A DNA stretch of 64,000 bases from an uncultured bacterium (GCA_964437095.1 CAYTFH010000002.1:14627-78626), one strand, 5' to 3'. Counted from the first letter of the stretch, positions 39,684-49,998 are shown. Notes: generated by a model from the sequence alone, not told the origin. Program-made: numbers and translations.

Positions 39684-40575
39684 GGACCACCTCCCCGCGA
39701 TCCCCTCCCATGAGCCGCAGCAGGCGGGCCACGGTGGCCTTGAGCTCGGACCGGGGCACGATGAGGTCCACGAAGCCGCACCGCAGGAGGAACTCCGCGG
39801 TCTGGAACCCTTCCGGGAGCTTCTGGCGGATGGTCTGCCCGATGACCCGTGCCCCCGCGAACCCGATGAGGGCGCCCGGCTCCGCCACGTGCACGTCCCC
39901 CAGCATGGCGAAGGAGGCGGTGACCCCGCCCGTGGTGGGGTCGCACAGCACGGACACGAAGGGTAGCCCCGCGGCGTGCAGGCGGCTCGCCGCGGCCACG
40001 GTCTTGGCCAGCTGCATCAGGGACAGCACGCCCTCCTGCATGCGGGCACCGCCGCTGGCGCTGCAGGTCACCACGGGCAGCCGCAACGCCACCGCCCGCT
40101 CGAACATCCGGGCCACCTTCTCCCCCACCACGGAGCCCATGCTGCCACCCAGGAAGTCGAAGTCCAGCACCCCCACCGCGGCCTCCACGCCCGCGATGCG
40201 GCCACGGCCCGTGAGCACCGCCTCCCGCCGGCCCGTCCTCTGGACCGCCTGGCGGTAGCGCTCCGCGTACTCCGGGAACTGCAAGGAATCCAGGGAGACC
40301 AGGTCCGCGTCCCACTCCTCGAAGGTGCCCTCGTCCACCAGCAACTGCAAACGTTCGGGGCCGCTGAGCCGGTGGTGGTAGCCGCACTTGGGGCAGACCT
40401 TGAGGTTGCGTTCCAGCTCCTTGCGGTACACCAGCTGGGCGCACCGCGGGCACTTGGCCCACAGCCCCGCGGGGATGTCCCGCCGCTGTATGGACTGGTA
40501 CTTGGGCCGGCGCAGCCAGTTGAGCACGGTTTCCGGTTTTCGGGTCCTGCGCGTCGGAATCCTGCCCGGCCCCAC
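39667..40575 (-). CDS. accD: acetyl-CoA carboxylase carboxyltransferase beta subunit
   Basis: N-terminal CPRC...CPKC zinc ribbon and a carboxyltransferase beta domain. Confidence 0.9.
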   Translation of the reverse strand: MGPGRIPTRRTRKPETVLNWLRRPKYQSIQRRDIPAGLWAKCPRCAQLVYRKELERNLKVCPKCGYHHRLSGPERLQLLVDEGTFEEWDADLVSLDSLQFPEYAERYRQAVQRTGRREAVLTGRGRIAGVEAAVGVLDFDFLGGSMGSVVGEKVARMFERAVALRLPVVTCSASGGARMQEGVLSLMQLAKTVAAASRLHAAGLPFVSVLCDPTTGGVTASFAMLGDVHVAEPGALIGFAGARVIGQTIRQKLPEGFQTAEFLLRCGFVDLIVPRSELKATVARLLRLMGGDRGEVVLDQPS

Positions 40576-40646
40576 AATGGAGGCGAGGAGGGTGTCCGAG
40601 CCGTGCGCGTGGGCCGACCGGAGGGAACCGGAAGGGAGGTGGAAGG

Positions 40647-41720
40647 ATGCGCGGGAGGGCGTGCCTTTTGCTGCTGGCCCTGGCGGGTCTCGCGGGAGTG
40701 GGACCCCGCGCGGGCGCGCAGACGTCGGCAGGGGACCTGGTGGAAGCGTACCGCTGGCGGCTGGAGAACGCCGCGGGCGGCCTGGTGGAGGGCAGCGAGG
40801 ACGGAGGCCGCACGTGGAGGACCTTGGGGCGCGTGGTGCGGCCCGCGGTGGCTACGGCCGTGGGCTTCACCGCCAGCCGCTGGGGACGGCCGGGGACCGT
40901 GGTGGCCACGGGAGCCAACGCGGTGCACGTGAAGGTGGCCGACACGCCCGACGGCCGCGGGGTCATCTTCACCCTGTGGCCCCGGGGAGCGCCGTGGTCG
41001 CCGCACGTGATCCTCACGGACATCCCGGGTGGACGCGGGATCTTCGGCGGGCGGTTCAGCGCCTTCGTGGGCAACCCCGTCCTGGTGGAAGGACCCGCGG
41101 GGACGTCGCCGGTGGCGGGCTGGACCCCGGTGGTGGGAGCGCGCCTGGTGGTGGTGGTCCAGCGGCCGGCCCGCACGTCTGTGGAGCTAGAGCTCGAGAA
41201 CCGGTTCGGAGGTCTGGTGCGGGCGCGGTTTACGGACGGATCGGAGGAGCTGGTGGCGGTGGTGCTGCGGCCCGTGGCGGGCGTGGGGCGGTTCGAGGGG
41301 ACGCAGTACGTGGGCATCGGGCGGGTGCGGGCCAACCACCCGGGCGTCATCGACGTGTCCACCTCGCCCGTGGGGCAGGTGGGCGGGTTCCAGATCATCC
41401 CCCGGGACCACGCCCACAGCCCGGAGCTGGTGGGCGCGGTGCTGGGGACCCAGTGGATGGTGGTGGGACCCGTGAACCCCCTGGACCCCTCCCCGCAGGG
41501 AACGGCGCCCCTGTTCTCGGCCTTCATCGCTCCCCGCTACGACCCCGACGACCTCTCCGACGAGGAGTGGCAGCGGCGAGTGAGCGAGCGGTACCTGGTG
41601 ATGTGCCGGGTGGACGCCGGGCCCTGGCAGCTGTTCCCTCCCCTGGTGGGTCGGCGGGACGACGCCCTGCTGCGGGTGACCCACATCAAGATCCTCCTGC
41701 CCCTGTGGTCGTGGCCGTGA
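40647..41720 (+). CDS. hypothetical secreted protein (signal peptide, no recognised domain)
   Basis: ORF with ATG after GGAAGGGAGGTGGAAGG and a cleavable signal LLLLALAGLAGVGPRAGAQ. Confidence 0.45.
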   Translation: MRGRACLLLLALAGLAGVGPRAGAQTSAGDLVEAYRWRLENAAGGLVEGSEDGGRTWRTLGRVVRPAVATAVGFTASRWGRPGTVVATGANAVHVKVADTPDGRGVIFTLWPRGAPWSPHVILTDIPGGRGIFGGRFSAFVGNPVLVEGPAGTSPVAGWTPVVGARLVVVVQRPARTSVELELENRFGGLVRARFTDGSEELVAVVLRPVAGVGRFEGTQYVGIGRVRANHPGVIDVSTSPVGQVGGFQIIPRDHAHSPELVGAVLGTQWMVVGPVNPLDPSPQGTAPLFSAFIAPRYDPDDLSDEEWQRRVSERYLVMCRVDAGPWQLFPPLVGRRDDALLRVTHIKILLPLWSWP

Positions 41721-41791
41721 AGCCCCGGCGAGCCGGGGACCTCGCGCTGTGAGATTATGAGGGGAGAACAAAGCGCGTCGAGGGAGCAGCC

Positions 41792-42943
41792 ATGTCGACC
41801 CCGTACCGTGTGTACACGCCGCCTCCGGAGAGCCCTCTGCCTCCGGCGCCCCGGGGTCCGGGCGCCGGCGTGTGGGTGGCGGTGGTGGTGCTGTCCCTGC
41901 TGGCCGGCGCTGCCGGAGGGTACCTGGCGCCGCGCGGCGGCCGTGCGTCCCCTCCCGCGGTGACGTCCACCCAGGCTCCGCCCGCGGTAAGTGGCACGGT
42001 GCGGGTGGTGTCGGAGGAGTCCGTGGTGATCCAGGTGGTGGAGAAGGTGCGGCCCGCGGTGGTGAACATCCAGACGCGCGGGTTCGCGCCGGACTTCTTC
42101 GGGCAGCTGTTCCCGCAGGAGGGAGCAGGGTCCGGGGTCATCGTGAGCGAGGACGGGTACATCCTGACCAACAACCACGTGATCCGCAACGCCACCCAGA
42201 TCCGGGTGCGGCTGCTGGACGGTACGGAGCTGGAGGGCCGGGTGGTGGGCACCGACCCACCCTCGGACCTGGCGGTGATCAAGGTGGACCCCAAGGGCCG
42301 GAAGCTGCCCGCGGCGGAGCTGGGCGATTCCCACGCCCTCAAGGTGGGCCAGCTGGCCATCGCCATCGGCAACCCCTTCGGCCTGGGCAGCACCGTGACC
42401 GTGGGGGTGGTGAGCGCCCTCAACCGGTCCATCCAGGTGCCGGGGTTCGTCATCGACAACCTGATCCAGACGGACGCGGCCATCAACCCCGGGAACAGCG
42501 GCGGCGCCCTGGTGAACAGCGCGGGGCAGGTGATCGGCATCAACACCGCCATCATCCCGCAGGCCCAGGGGATCGGGTTCGCCATCCCCTCCTCGGTGGC
42601 CCGCACGGTGATGGAGCAGCTCATCCGCACGGGCACCGTGCAGCGCCCCTTCTTCGGGGTGGCGTACGTGGAGGTGACCCGGGAGCTGGCGCAGGCGTAC
42701 GGCCTGGCGGCGGACCACGGGGTGCTGGTGCAGCAGGTGGTCCCGGGCAGCGGGGCGGAGAAGGCCGGGATCAAGCCCCTGGACATCATCGTGGAGATGC
42801 AGGGCAAGCGCATCGAGGGCGCCAGCGACTTCCAGCGGGAGATCCTCCAGCGCCGGGTGGGGGACGTGGTGACCGTCACCGTGGTGCGGGGAGGGCAGCG
42901 GCTGCAGCTTCAGGTCCAGCTGGGCCCGCGGCCGCCCCAGTGA
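41792..42943 (+). CDS. htrA: HtrA/DegP family serine protease with PDZ domain
   Basis: Catalytic triad context (TNNHVIRNA, DLAVIKV, GNSGGALVN), N-terminal TM and a C-terminal PDZ domain. Confidence 0.9.
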   Translation: MSTPYRVYTPPPESPLPPAPRGPGAGVWVAVVVLSLLAGAAGGYLAPRGGRASPPAVTSTQAPPAVSGTVRVVSEESVVIQVVEKVRPAVVNIQTRGFAPDFFGQLFPQEGAGSGVIVSEDGYILTNNHVIRNATQIRVRLLDGTELEGRVVGTDPPSDLAVIKVDPKGRKLPAAELGDSHALKVGQLAIAIGNPFGLGSTVTVGVVSALNRSIQVPGFVIDNLIQTDAAINPGNSGGALVNSAGQVIGINTAIIPQAQGIGFAIPSSVARTVMEQLIRTGTVQRPFFGVAYVEVTRELAQAYGLAADHGVLVQQVVPGSGAEKAGIKPLDIIVEMQGKRIEGASDFQREILQRRVGDVVTVTVVRGGQRLQLQVQLGPRPPQ

Positions 42944-42973
42944 GGCGTCGCCACCGGGTCCGTCGAACGTCGG

Positions 42974-44314
42974 TCAGCAGCTCCTGGGGCGGCCCTCCCA
43001 CTCCGCCACCCACGCCCGCAGGAGCTCTTCGAGGGTGGGGGAGCTCACCTCCTCCAGGTCGTACGTGACCTTGGCCGCGGGCTTGTCCAGCCGCAGGAGG
43101 CGGCGCAGGTCCACGGGGGTGCCCACCACCACCGCGTCCGCTTCCGCCCTCCGGAGGGTCTGCTCCAGGTCCCGCAGCTGCGGCCCGCCGTACCCCATGG
43201 CGGGTACGACCTGGGTGAGGTGCGGGTAGTCGCGGAACACCTGCTGCAGCGTGCCCACCGCGTAGGGCCTGGGGTCCACCACCACCGCCCCGAGCCGGCG
43301 GGCGGCCAGCAGCCCCGCGCCGTACGGCATCTCCCCGTGGGTCACCGTGGGGCCGTCCTCCACCACCACCACCCGGCGGCCCGCCACCAGCTCCGGCCGG
43401 TCCAGGCGGATGGGGGACGCAGCTTCCACCACCCCCGCCTGGGGGTTCGCAGCGCGGACGTTGCGCTCGACCTCTTCCACCGCCTCCCGGGGCGCGGTGT
43501 CCACCTTGTTGACCACCACCACGTGGGCCATGCGCAGGTTGGTCTCCCCAGGGTGGTAGCGGAGCTCGTGACCGGGCCGGTGCGGGTCCGCCACCACCAC
43601 GAACCGATCGGGCCACACGAAGGGGAAGTCGTTGTTGCCCCCGTCCCACACCAGCACCTCCGCCTCGGCTTCCGCCTGCCGGAGGACCTGTTGGTAGTCC
43701 ACCCCCGCGTACACCACGATCCCCAGGGCCACGTGGGGCTCGAACTCCTCCCGCTCCTCCACGGTCAACCCGGCCCGGTCCAGGTCCTCCCAGGTGGCGA
43801 AGCGCTGCACCGCCTGGGAAGCCAGGTCGCCGTACGCCATGGGGTGGCGGACCACCACCACCCGCTTGCCCCACGTTCGCAACAGCCGCGCCAGCTTGCG
43901 GGCGGTCTGGCTCTTGCCGCTTCCGGTCCGCACCGCTCCCACCGCCACCACGGGAACCCCGACCCGCAGCATGGTGTCCTGGGGGCCCAGCAGACGCACG
44001 CTGGCGCCCGCGGCCAGAGCCCGGGAAGCCACGTGCATCACGTGTTCGTGGGACACGTCGCTGTAGCTGAACACCACCTCCCGCACGCGCTCCCGGCGGA
44101 TCCACGCCTCCATCTCCTCCTCGGGCACGATGGGGATGCCGTCCGGGTAGCCCGGTCCGGCCAGCTCCGGCGGGTAGCGGCGGCCCGCCAGGTTCGGGAT
44201 CTGGGTGGCGGTGAACGCCACCACCCGGTAGTCCGCGCGCCCGCGGAAGTACACGTTGAAGTTGTGGAAGTCGCGGCCGCCCGCTCCCAGGATGAGGACG
44301 GGGACGGGCTCCAT
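42974..44314 (-). CDS. cyclic 2,3-diphosphoglycerate synthetase-like P-loop protein
   Basis: 447 aa with N-terminal VLILGAGGRDFHNFN and an internal Walker A (AVRTGSGKSQT), recalled as characteristic of the archaeal cDPG synthetase family. The assignment is from memory. ATG is 5 nt after the argS stop. Confidence 0.45.
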   Translation of the reverse strand: MEPVPVLILGAGGRDFHNFNVYFRGRADYRVVAFTATQIPNLAGRRYPPELAGPGYPDGIPIVPEEEMEAWIRRERVREVVFSYSDVSHEHVMHVASRALAAGASVRLLGPQDTMLRVGVPVVAVGAVRTGSGKSQTARKLARLLRTWGKRVVVVRHPMAYGDLASQAVQRFATWEDLDRAGLTVEEREEFEPHVALGIVVYAGVDYQQVLRQAEAEAEVLVWDGGNNDFPFVWPDRFVVVADPHRPGHELRYHPGETNLRMAHVVVVNKVDTAPREAVEEVERNVRAANPQAGVVEAASPIRLDRPELVAGRRVVVVEDGPTVTHGEMPYGAGLLAARRLGAVVVDPRPYAVGTLQQVFRDYPHLTQVVPAMGYGGPQLRDLEQTLRRAEADAVVVGTPVDLRRLLRLDKPAAKVTYDLEEVSSPTLEELLRAWVAEWEGRPRSC

Positions 44315-44319
44315 GGGGG

Positions 44320-46161
44320 TCACATCACCTCGGGAGCGGGCACGCCCAGCAGCGCTAGGCCGGTGCGCAGGACGTCCCGCACCTGCCGCACCAGGGCCAG
44401 CCGCGCGCCCCGCAGGCCCGGCGGAGCCTGGAGCACGGGGGTGGCAGGGCTGCCGTCGGGCTGGCGGGCGTTGTAGTACGCGTTCCACGCGGCCGCCAGG
44501 TCCAGGAGGTACTGGGCCAGCACGTGGGGGGTGCGCTGCGCCGCGGCGGTGGCCACCGCGTCGGGGAACTCCAGCAGGGCCCGCGCCACCGGCCGCTCGT
44601 ACTCCGTGGCCCGGGTGAAGTCCGCGTCCTCCTCCCCCAGCCCGGCTTCCTGCGCGCGGCGGAGGATGGAGGCGGCCCGGGCGTGGGCGTACTGCACGTA
44701 CGGGCCGCTGTCGCCCTCGAAGGACAGGGCCTGCTCCCACCGGAAGTCGATCTGGCGCCGGGGCTCGGTCTTGACCATGGCGAACCGCACCGCGCCGATG
44801 CCCACCTGCTCCGCGGCCGCTTCGGGGTCGGGGTGGTTCGGGTTCTTCTCCGCCACCACCGCCCGGGCCCGACGGCGGGCTTCGTCCAAGACCTCGTCCA
44901 CGGACACGGTGTGTCCGCGACGGCCCGAGATGCGGCGCCCCTCCAGGGTGACCGTCTCGTAGGCCAGGTGGTGGGCGCCGTCGGCCAGGTCCGGACGGCC
45001 GGCTACCGCCAACGCCGCCCGGACCACCTTCTGGGGGTAGCTCTGGGTGGCGTCGATGACGTTGATGGTCTGGTCGCAGCCTGCGAACCGCAACTTCCGG
45101 TCGCCCTCGGGGTGGGAGGTGTACAGCACGCGGCCGGAGGGCTGGCGGGTGAAGGGGCGGAAGGCCAGGCCCTGCAGCAGGCCCATCTTCCAGAACTGGA
45201 AGGCGATGTCCTTGGCGGGGTAGGTGGCGGTGCCGTCGGAGCGGACCAGCACCAGGTAGGGGTCCTCCAGCCCCTGCACGAAGGCGGAGGTGTCCATCAC
45301 CAGCGCCCCCGCGTACTTCCCGTCCCGGGGCCGCTGCACGTACGGGGTGTGCTCCAGGAGGGCCAGGGCCCCCTGCAGCAGCCCCTCCCGCACCAGGTCG
45401 GACTCCCACACCAGGACGTCGTACTCCGCACCCAGCCGCCACATGGTCTCCAACTGGGCCCGCAGGATGCGGTCCACCTCTTCCCGCAGCTCCCCCGCTT
45501 CCAACCGGTGCAGGACCCGGCGGACGCCCTCCTCGATCTCCTGCCGACGGTGGGGGTCCTCCATCTCCCGGTGCAGCCGGACGTACGCCTCGCCCACCCA
45601 GTGGTCGTACTTGACGGCGCCGTCGTAGCGCAGGCCGTACCGCTCCAGGGCGAACAGGGACTCCGCCACCTGACGGCCGGTGTCGTCGATGTAGTTGAGG
45701 ACCCGGACCTCGTAGCCCGCGTAGGAGAGGATGCGGCTGACCGCGTCCCCCAGGGCCACGTTGCGCAGGTGTCCCACGTGCAGCTCCTTGTTGGGGTTCA
45801 CGGAGGTGTGCTCCACCAGCACGCACCGGCCCACGGGCGCTGGCGGCTGCAACGGCCGGGTGGCGGCCCGAAGCAGCTCCGCGGGGTCCACGGTGAAGTT
45901 CACGTACCCGCCCACCGCCTGCGCGCTGCGGACGCCCGGGGGGAGGGGGACGAGGGAGGCCAGCTCCTGCGCCACGGCTTGAGGGGGGCGGCGCAAGATG
46001 CGCGCCAGGGTGAAGGCCACCGGACTGCCGTAGTCGCCGGGCCGGTCCGGAGGTGTGGGCTGCACCACCACCTCCACCGGCTCTTCCACGCCCAGCAGCG
46101 CCAGGGCCTGCTCCGCGGCCCGTCGGAGTTCCGCTTTGAGGTCCCGCACGTCCCGGACCAT
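44320..46161 (-). CDS. argS: arginine--tRNA ligase
   Basis: HIGH-like HVGHLRN, and anticodon-binding and catalytic domains. The long upstream extension of the ORF in the track is unlikely to be real. Confidence 0.9.
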   Translation of the reverse strand: MVRDVRDLKAELRRAAEQALALLGVEEPVEVVVQPTPPDRPGDYGSPVAFTLARILRRPPQAVAQELASLVPLPPGVRSAQAVGGYVNFTVDPAELLRAATRPLQPPAPVGRCVLVEHTSVNPNKELHVGHLRNVALGDAVSRILSYAGYEVRVLNYIDDTGRQVAESLFALERYGLRYDGAVKYDHWVGEAYVRLHREMEDPHRRQEIEEGVRRVLHRLEAGELREEVDRILRAQLETMWRLGAEYDVLVWESDLVREGLLQGALALLEHTPYVQRPRDGKYAGALVMDTSAFVQGLEDPYLVLVRSDGTATYPAKDIAFQFWKMGLLQGLAFRPFTRQPSGRVLYTSHPEGDRKLRFAGCDQTINVIDATQSYPQKVVRAALAVAGRPDLADGAHHLAYETVTLEGRRISGRRGHTVSVDEVLDEARRRARAVVAEKNPNHPDPEAAAEQVGIGAVRFAMVKTEPRRQIDFRWEQALSFEGDSGPYVQYAHARAASILRRAQEAGLGEEDADFTRATEYERPVARALLEFPDAVATAAAQRTPHVLAQYLLDLAAAWNAYYNARQPDGSPATPVLQAPPGLRGARLALVRQVRDVLRTGLALLGVPAPEVM

Positions 46162-46546
46162 GGTAGCAGAACGGCCCGGGACAGGCCCCCGGTGGTATAA
46201 TGCGGCCGTGACCGCCGCACGGGAGCTGCTGGACCGCGTGGTGCGCTCGGTGAGGGAGGGTGCCACCTCCGTGGCGCGGGAGTCCGAGCGCCTCGCGCGG
46301 GTGGCGCGGGTCCGCCTGGAGATCGGGACCCTGCAGGCCCGGCTGGAGGACCGGTACACGGACATCGGTCGGGTGGTGCACGCCCGTTACCGAGCGGGTA
46401 CTTTGGCGGACCCGGAGCTGGCGGCGCTGTGCCAGCCCGCGGAAGCCCTGGAAGCGGAGATCCGCAGGCTGGAGCAGGAGCTGGCGGACCTGCGCAGCGC
46501 GGAAGGCGGCTCCGGTCCGGAGGGCCGGGGCGGCTCCGGGGGCTAG
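46160..46546 (+). CDS. hypothetical coiled-coil protein
   Basis: ORF only; heptad-like LEAEIRRLEQELADLRS. Start uncertain. Its ATG shares the CCATGG palindrome with the argS start on the other strand. Confidence 0.3.
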   Translation: MVAERPGTGPRWYNAAVTAARELLDRVVRSVREGATSVARESERLARVARVRLEIGTLQARLEDRYTDIGRVVHARYRAGTLADPELAALCQPAEALEAEIRRLEQELADLRSAEGGSGPEGRGGSGG

Positions 46547-46684
46547 GGTTGTCCACCACGCCGCCGCGGACGCCGACCGCCACCGTCGCGGGGGTTCCCG
46601 GGGTGGTCTAGCCCTTCCCGTAGATCCAGGAATCGGTGGCACACCCGTGAGAGCGTTCCCGAGCCGAGGAGGTCTGCCCGGGAT

Positions 46685-47930
46685 GTGGTGGAGGGGCCGA
46701 GTGCTGGCGGTGCTGCTGGTGGTGGGGCTGGTGGTACCCGCCTTCGGGCAGATCTTCACGGACACCGCGGGCCGGCCCGAGCAGCGGACGCTGGAGAAGC
46801 TGGCGGCCAAGGGCGTGTTCCCCATCCCGGAGGACCGGCGGTTCCAACCGGAGGCGCGCATCACGCGCCTGGACTTCTTCGTGGCCTTGGCCCGGGCGGT
46901 GGGGCTGCGGGAAGGCGGCGGAACGCTGCCCGAGTACCGGGACGCCGCGGAGATCCCCACGAGCGCCCGGGGGCTGCTGGCCGCCCTGGCGAGCGCGGGC
47001 ACCGTGAACCAGCGCAGGGCGGTGCGCAAGGTCCAAGAGTGGGAGGTGATCCTGGAGACGGACAAGGGGACCTACGGGCCGGGGGAGGAGATCGGCCTGA
47101 CCCTGTCCCTGAAGAACACCTCCGGACGAGTGGCCGAGGTGGAGTTCGCCACCTCCCAGCGCTACGACTTCGTGATCCGCAGTCCGGCGGGGGAAGAGGT
47201 GGCCCGGTGGTCGCTGGGCCAGCAGTTCACCACCCAGGGCCTCAAGCTCACGGTGCAGCCCAACCAGCAGGTGGTGATTGGCGACACCAAGTGGAAGCAG
47301 CTGGACCAGAACGACCGCCCCGTGCCCCCCGGCCGCTACGAGCTGGTGGGCGTGGTCACCGCCCGCCCGCAGCCCATGACGGTGACGGTGTTCTTCACCA
47401 AGGGGTTCGTGACCAGCTTCCCCGACAACACCTTCCGGCCCCGCGCCCCCATCACCCGCGCGGAGGTGGCGGAGCTGGCGGCGCGGGTGAGCGGGCTGGA
47501 GCAGGAGGCGCTGGCCAAACGGGGGAACCCCATCCCCGCCCAGGACGCCCAGGACGTGAGGCCCGAACACCGGGGGTACGTGGCCCTGGCCCTGGAGCGC
47601 AAGTTCCTCGTCACCACCGAAGGGCGGGTTCGGCCCAACGACCCCGCCAGCCGCTTGGACGCGGCCTTGGCCCTGGACGGAGTGATGAACGTGCTGGGCC
47701 GGTACAACTTCGTGCGGGGGCGGTTCCGGGCCATCCAGCCGGGCAACCCGGCCATCCTGTCCGTGGCGGACGGGCCCACCCTCCGCAACTTCCGGCTGGG
47801 GCGGGTGGTGGCGGTGTACCGCAACGACCGGCCCGCGCAACTGCAGGACTTGAAGCCCAACGACGAATTGGCCATGCTGTTGCTGGGGGACGTGGGAGAC
47901 GTGACGTACATCGAGGCCAAGGGGCCTTAA
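46685..47930 (+). CDS. SLH-domain cell-surface protein with central BsuPI-like protease-inhibitor domain
   Basis: Signal peptide, then two SLH-like motifs ([46 protein letters not shown]), one at each end. Central region resembles the BsuPI intracellular proteinase inhibitor fold. Confidence 0.55.
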
Positions 47931-47946
47931 CCACGGGAGCTGCCGG

Positions 47947-48624
47947 ATGCTCTTCTTCTTGGACACCGCCAACCCCGAGCAGGTGCGGACCGCCGCCGGG
48001 TGGGGCATTCTCGACGGGGTGACCACCAACCCGACCCTGATGGCGCGGGAAGGACGGGATCCCAAGGAGCTGGTGCAGGAGATCGCCCGGTGGGTGTCCG
48101 GTCCCATCAGCGTGGAGACCACCAGCCTGGACGCGGACGGGATGGTGCGGGAGGCCCGGGAGTTCGTCCGCTGGGCTCCCAACGTGGTGGTCAAGGTACC
48201 CATGACGCCCGAGGGGCTGCGGGCGGTCACCCGGTTGAGGGAGGAAGGGATCCGGATCAACGTGACCTTGGTGTTCAGCCCGGTACAGGCGTTGCTGGCC
48301 GCCAAGGCGGGTGCCACCTTCGTGAGCCCCTTCGTGGGCCGGCTGGACGACATCGGGCACGTGGGCATGGACGTGGTGCGCCAGGCGGTGGACATCCTGA
48401 GGCGGTACGGGTTCGCCACCCAGGTCCTGGCCGCGAGCCTGCGGCACCCCCTCCACGTGCTGGAGGCGGCTCAGGCGGGGGCGGACATCGCCACCATGCC
48501 CTTCGCCACCCTGGAGCAGCTGTTCCGGCATCCCCTCACGGAGTTGGGGCTGGAGCGGTTTCTAGCGGACTGGCGGAAGCTGCAGGCGGAGCTGATCCGC
48601 CGTACGTCCCCCGTGGGCTCGTAG
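47947..48624 (+). CDS. tal: transaldolase/fructose-6-phosphate aldolase (short Tal/MipB type)
   Basis: [21 protein letters not shown] and the Schiff-base lysine context VVVKVPMT. Confidence 0.9.
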   Translation: MLFFLDTANPEQVRTAAGWGILDGVTTNPTLMAREGRDPKELVQEIARWVSGPISVETTSLDADGMVREAREFVRWAPNVVVKVPMTPEGLRAVTRLREEGIRINVTLVFSPVQALLAAKAGATFVSPFVGRLDDIGHVGMDVVRQAVDILRRYGFATQVLAASLRHPLHVLEAAQAGADIATMPFATLEQLFRHPLTELGLERFLADWRKLQAELIRRTSPVGS

Positions 48625-48687
48625 CCGCGAGCCCTTCGGGGTTCCCTTGGCACGGAGGAGCCTCCCTGGGTCGGCCCGACCGGGGGG

Positions 48688-49998
48688 ATGGCACAGACGC
48701 GGGCCAGGAACGTGGAGGTGGAGGTCATTCTCGCGCTGGCGGAACTGGAAGCCAAGAACCTCGCGGAGCTCCAGGAGATCGCCAAGGAGCTGAACATCCC
48801 CAACTACCGGCGCTACCGCAAGCAGGAACTCATCATGCGCATCCTGCAGGCGCAGACGGAGCAGTCGGGGCTCATGTTCCGCTCCGGCATCCTGGAGATC
48901 ATGCCCGAGGGCTACGGGTTCTTACGGACCGGAGGGTACCTGCCCGGCTCCGAGGACATCTACGTGTCGCCCTCCCAGATCAAGCGGTTCGGGCTGCGGG
49001 TGGGGGACGAGGTCCTGGGCCAGGTGCGCCCGCCCAAGGACAACGAGAAGTACTACGCTCTGTTGCGGGTGGAAGCGGTCAACGGCCTGGACCCCGAACA
49101 GGCCCGCAACCGTCCTCACTTCGAGCAGCTCACCCCCGTGTTCCCGTACGAGCGGTTCCGGTTGGAGACGGGGAGCGACCTCACCACCCGGGTGGTGGAC
49201 CTGTTCGCGCCCATCGGCAAGGGGCAGCGGGCCATGATCGTGTCCCCCCCCAAGGCGGGCAAGACCACCCTGCTCAAGAAGATCGGGCAGGCCATCGTGC
49301 AGAACCACCCCGAGGTCTACCTCATGGTGCTGCTCCTGGACGAGCGGCCGGAAGAGGTCACGGACATGCGGCGGTCCGTGGAGGCGGAGGTGGTGGCCAG
49401 CACCTTCGACCGCCCGCCGGAGGAGCACGTGCAGGTGGCGGACCTGGTGCTGGAGCGGGCCAAGCGCATCGTCGAAGGCAAGCGGGACGTGGTCATCCTC
49501 CTGGACAGCCTCACCCGCTTCGCCCGGGCCAACAACCTGGTCATCCCGCCCTCGGGCCGGACGCTGTCGGGCGGTCTGGACCCCGCGGCCCTGCACCGCC
49601 CCAAGCGGTTCTTCGGCGCCGCGCGGAAGATCGAGGAAGGGGGCAGCCTCACCATCGTGGCCACGGCCCTCATCGACACCGGCAGCCGGATGGACGACGT
49701 GATCTACGAGGAGTTCAAGGGGACCGGCAACATGGAGCTGCACCTGAACCGGAAGCTGCAGGAGCGCCGCACCTTCCCCGCCATCGACATCAAGATGTCC
49801 GGAACCCGGCGGGAGGAGATGCTCCTCACGGAGGAGGAGCTGCGCAAGGTGTGGGTGCTGCGCAAGTCCTTGGAGCAGCTGGACACCGTGGCCATGACGG
49901 AGCTCATCCTGGACCGCATGCGCAAGACCCCCAACAACGCCGCCTTCCTGAGGTCCATCGTCAAGTCCTCCGAGGAGGAGATCGGGGTCGGCTCCTAA
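48688..49998 (+). CDS. rho: transcription termination factor Rho
   Basis: N-terminal RNA-binding OB fold and RecA-like ATPase ([18 protein letters not shown]). Confidence 0.95.
   Translation: MAQTRARNVEVEVILALAELEAKNLAELQEIAKELNIPNYRRYRKQELIMRILQAQTEQSGLMFRSGILEIMPEGYGFLRTGGYLPGSEDIYVSPSQIKRFGLRVGDEVLGQVRPPKDNEKYYALLRVEAVNGLDPEQARNRPHFEQLTPVFPYERFRLETGSDLTTRVVDLFAPIGKGQRAMIVSPPKAGKTTLLKKIGQAIVQNHPEVYLMVLLLDERPEEVTDMRRSVEAEVVASTFDRPPEEHVQVADLVLERAKRIVEGKRDVVILLDSLTRFARANNLVIPPSGRTLSGGLDPAALHRPKRFFGAARKIEEGGSLTIVATALIDTGSRMDDVIYEEFKGTGNMELHLNRKLQERRTFPAIDIKMSGTRREEMLLTEEELRKVWVLRKSLEQLDTVAMTELILDRMRKTPNNAAFLRSIVKSSEEEIGVGS

Noticed and set aside
41721-41791. A CCCCGGC-ga-GCCGGGG hairpin after the secreted-protein gene, considered as an intrinsic terminator.
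   Set aside because: The loop is only 2 nt and there is no U tract. It was kept out of the feature list as too weak to call.
42974-47065. A 1363-aa minus-strand ORF in the six-frame track.
   Set aside because: Only the last 447 aa (from MEPVPVLILGAGG) look protein-like. The upstream 900 aa are low-complexity G/P/R-rich out-of-frame read-through across argS, which is clearly encoded in another frame (44320-46161).
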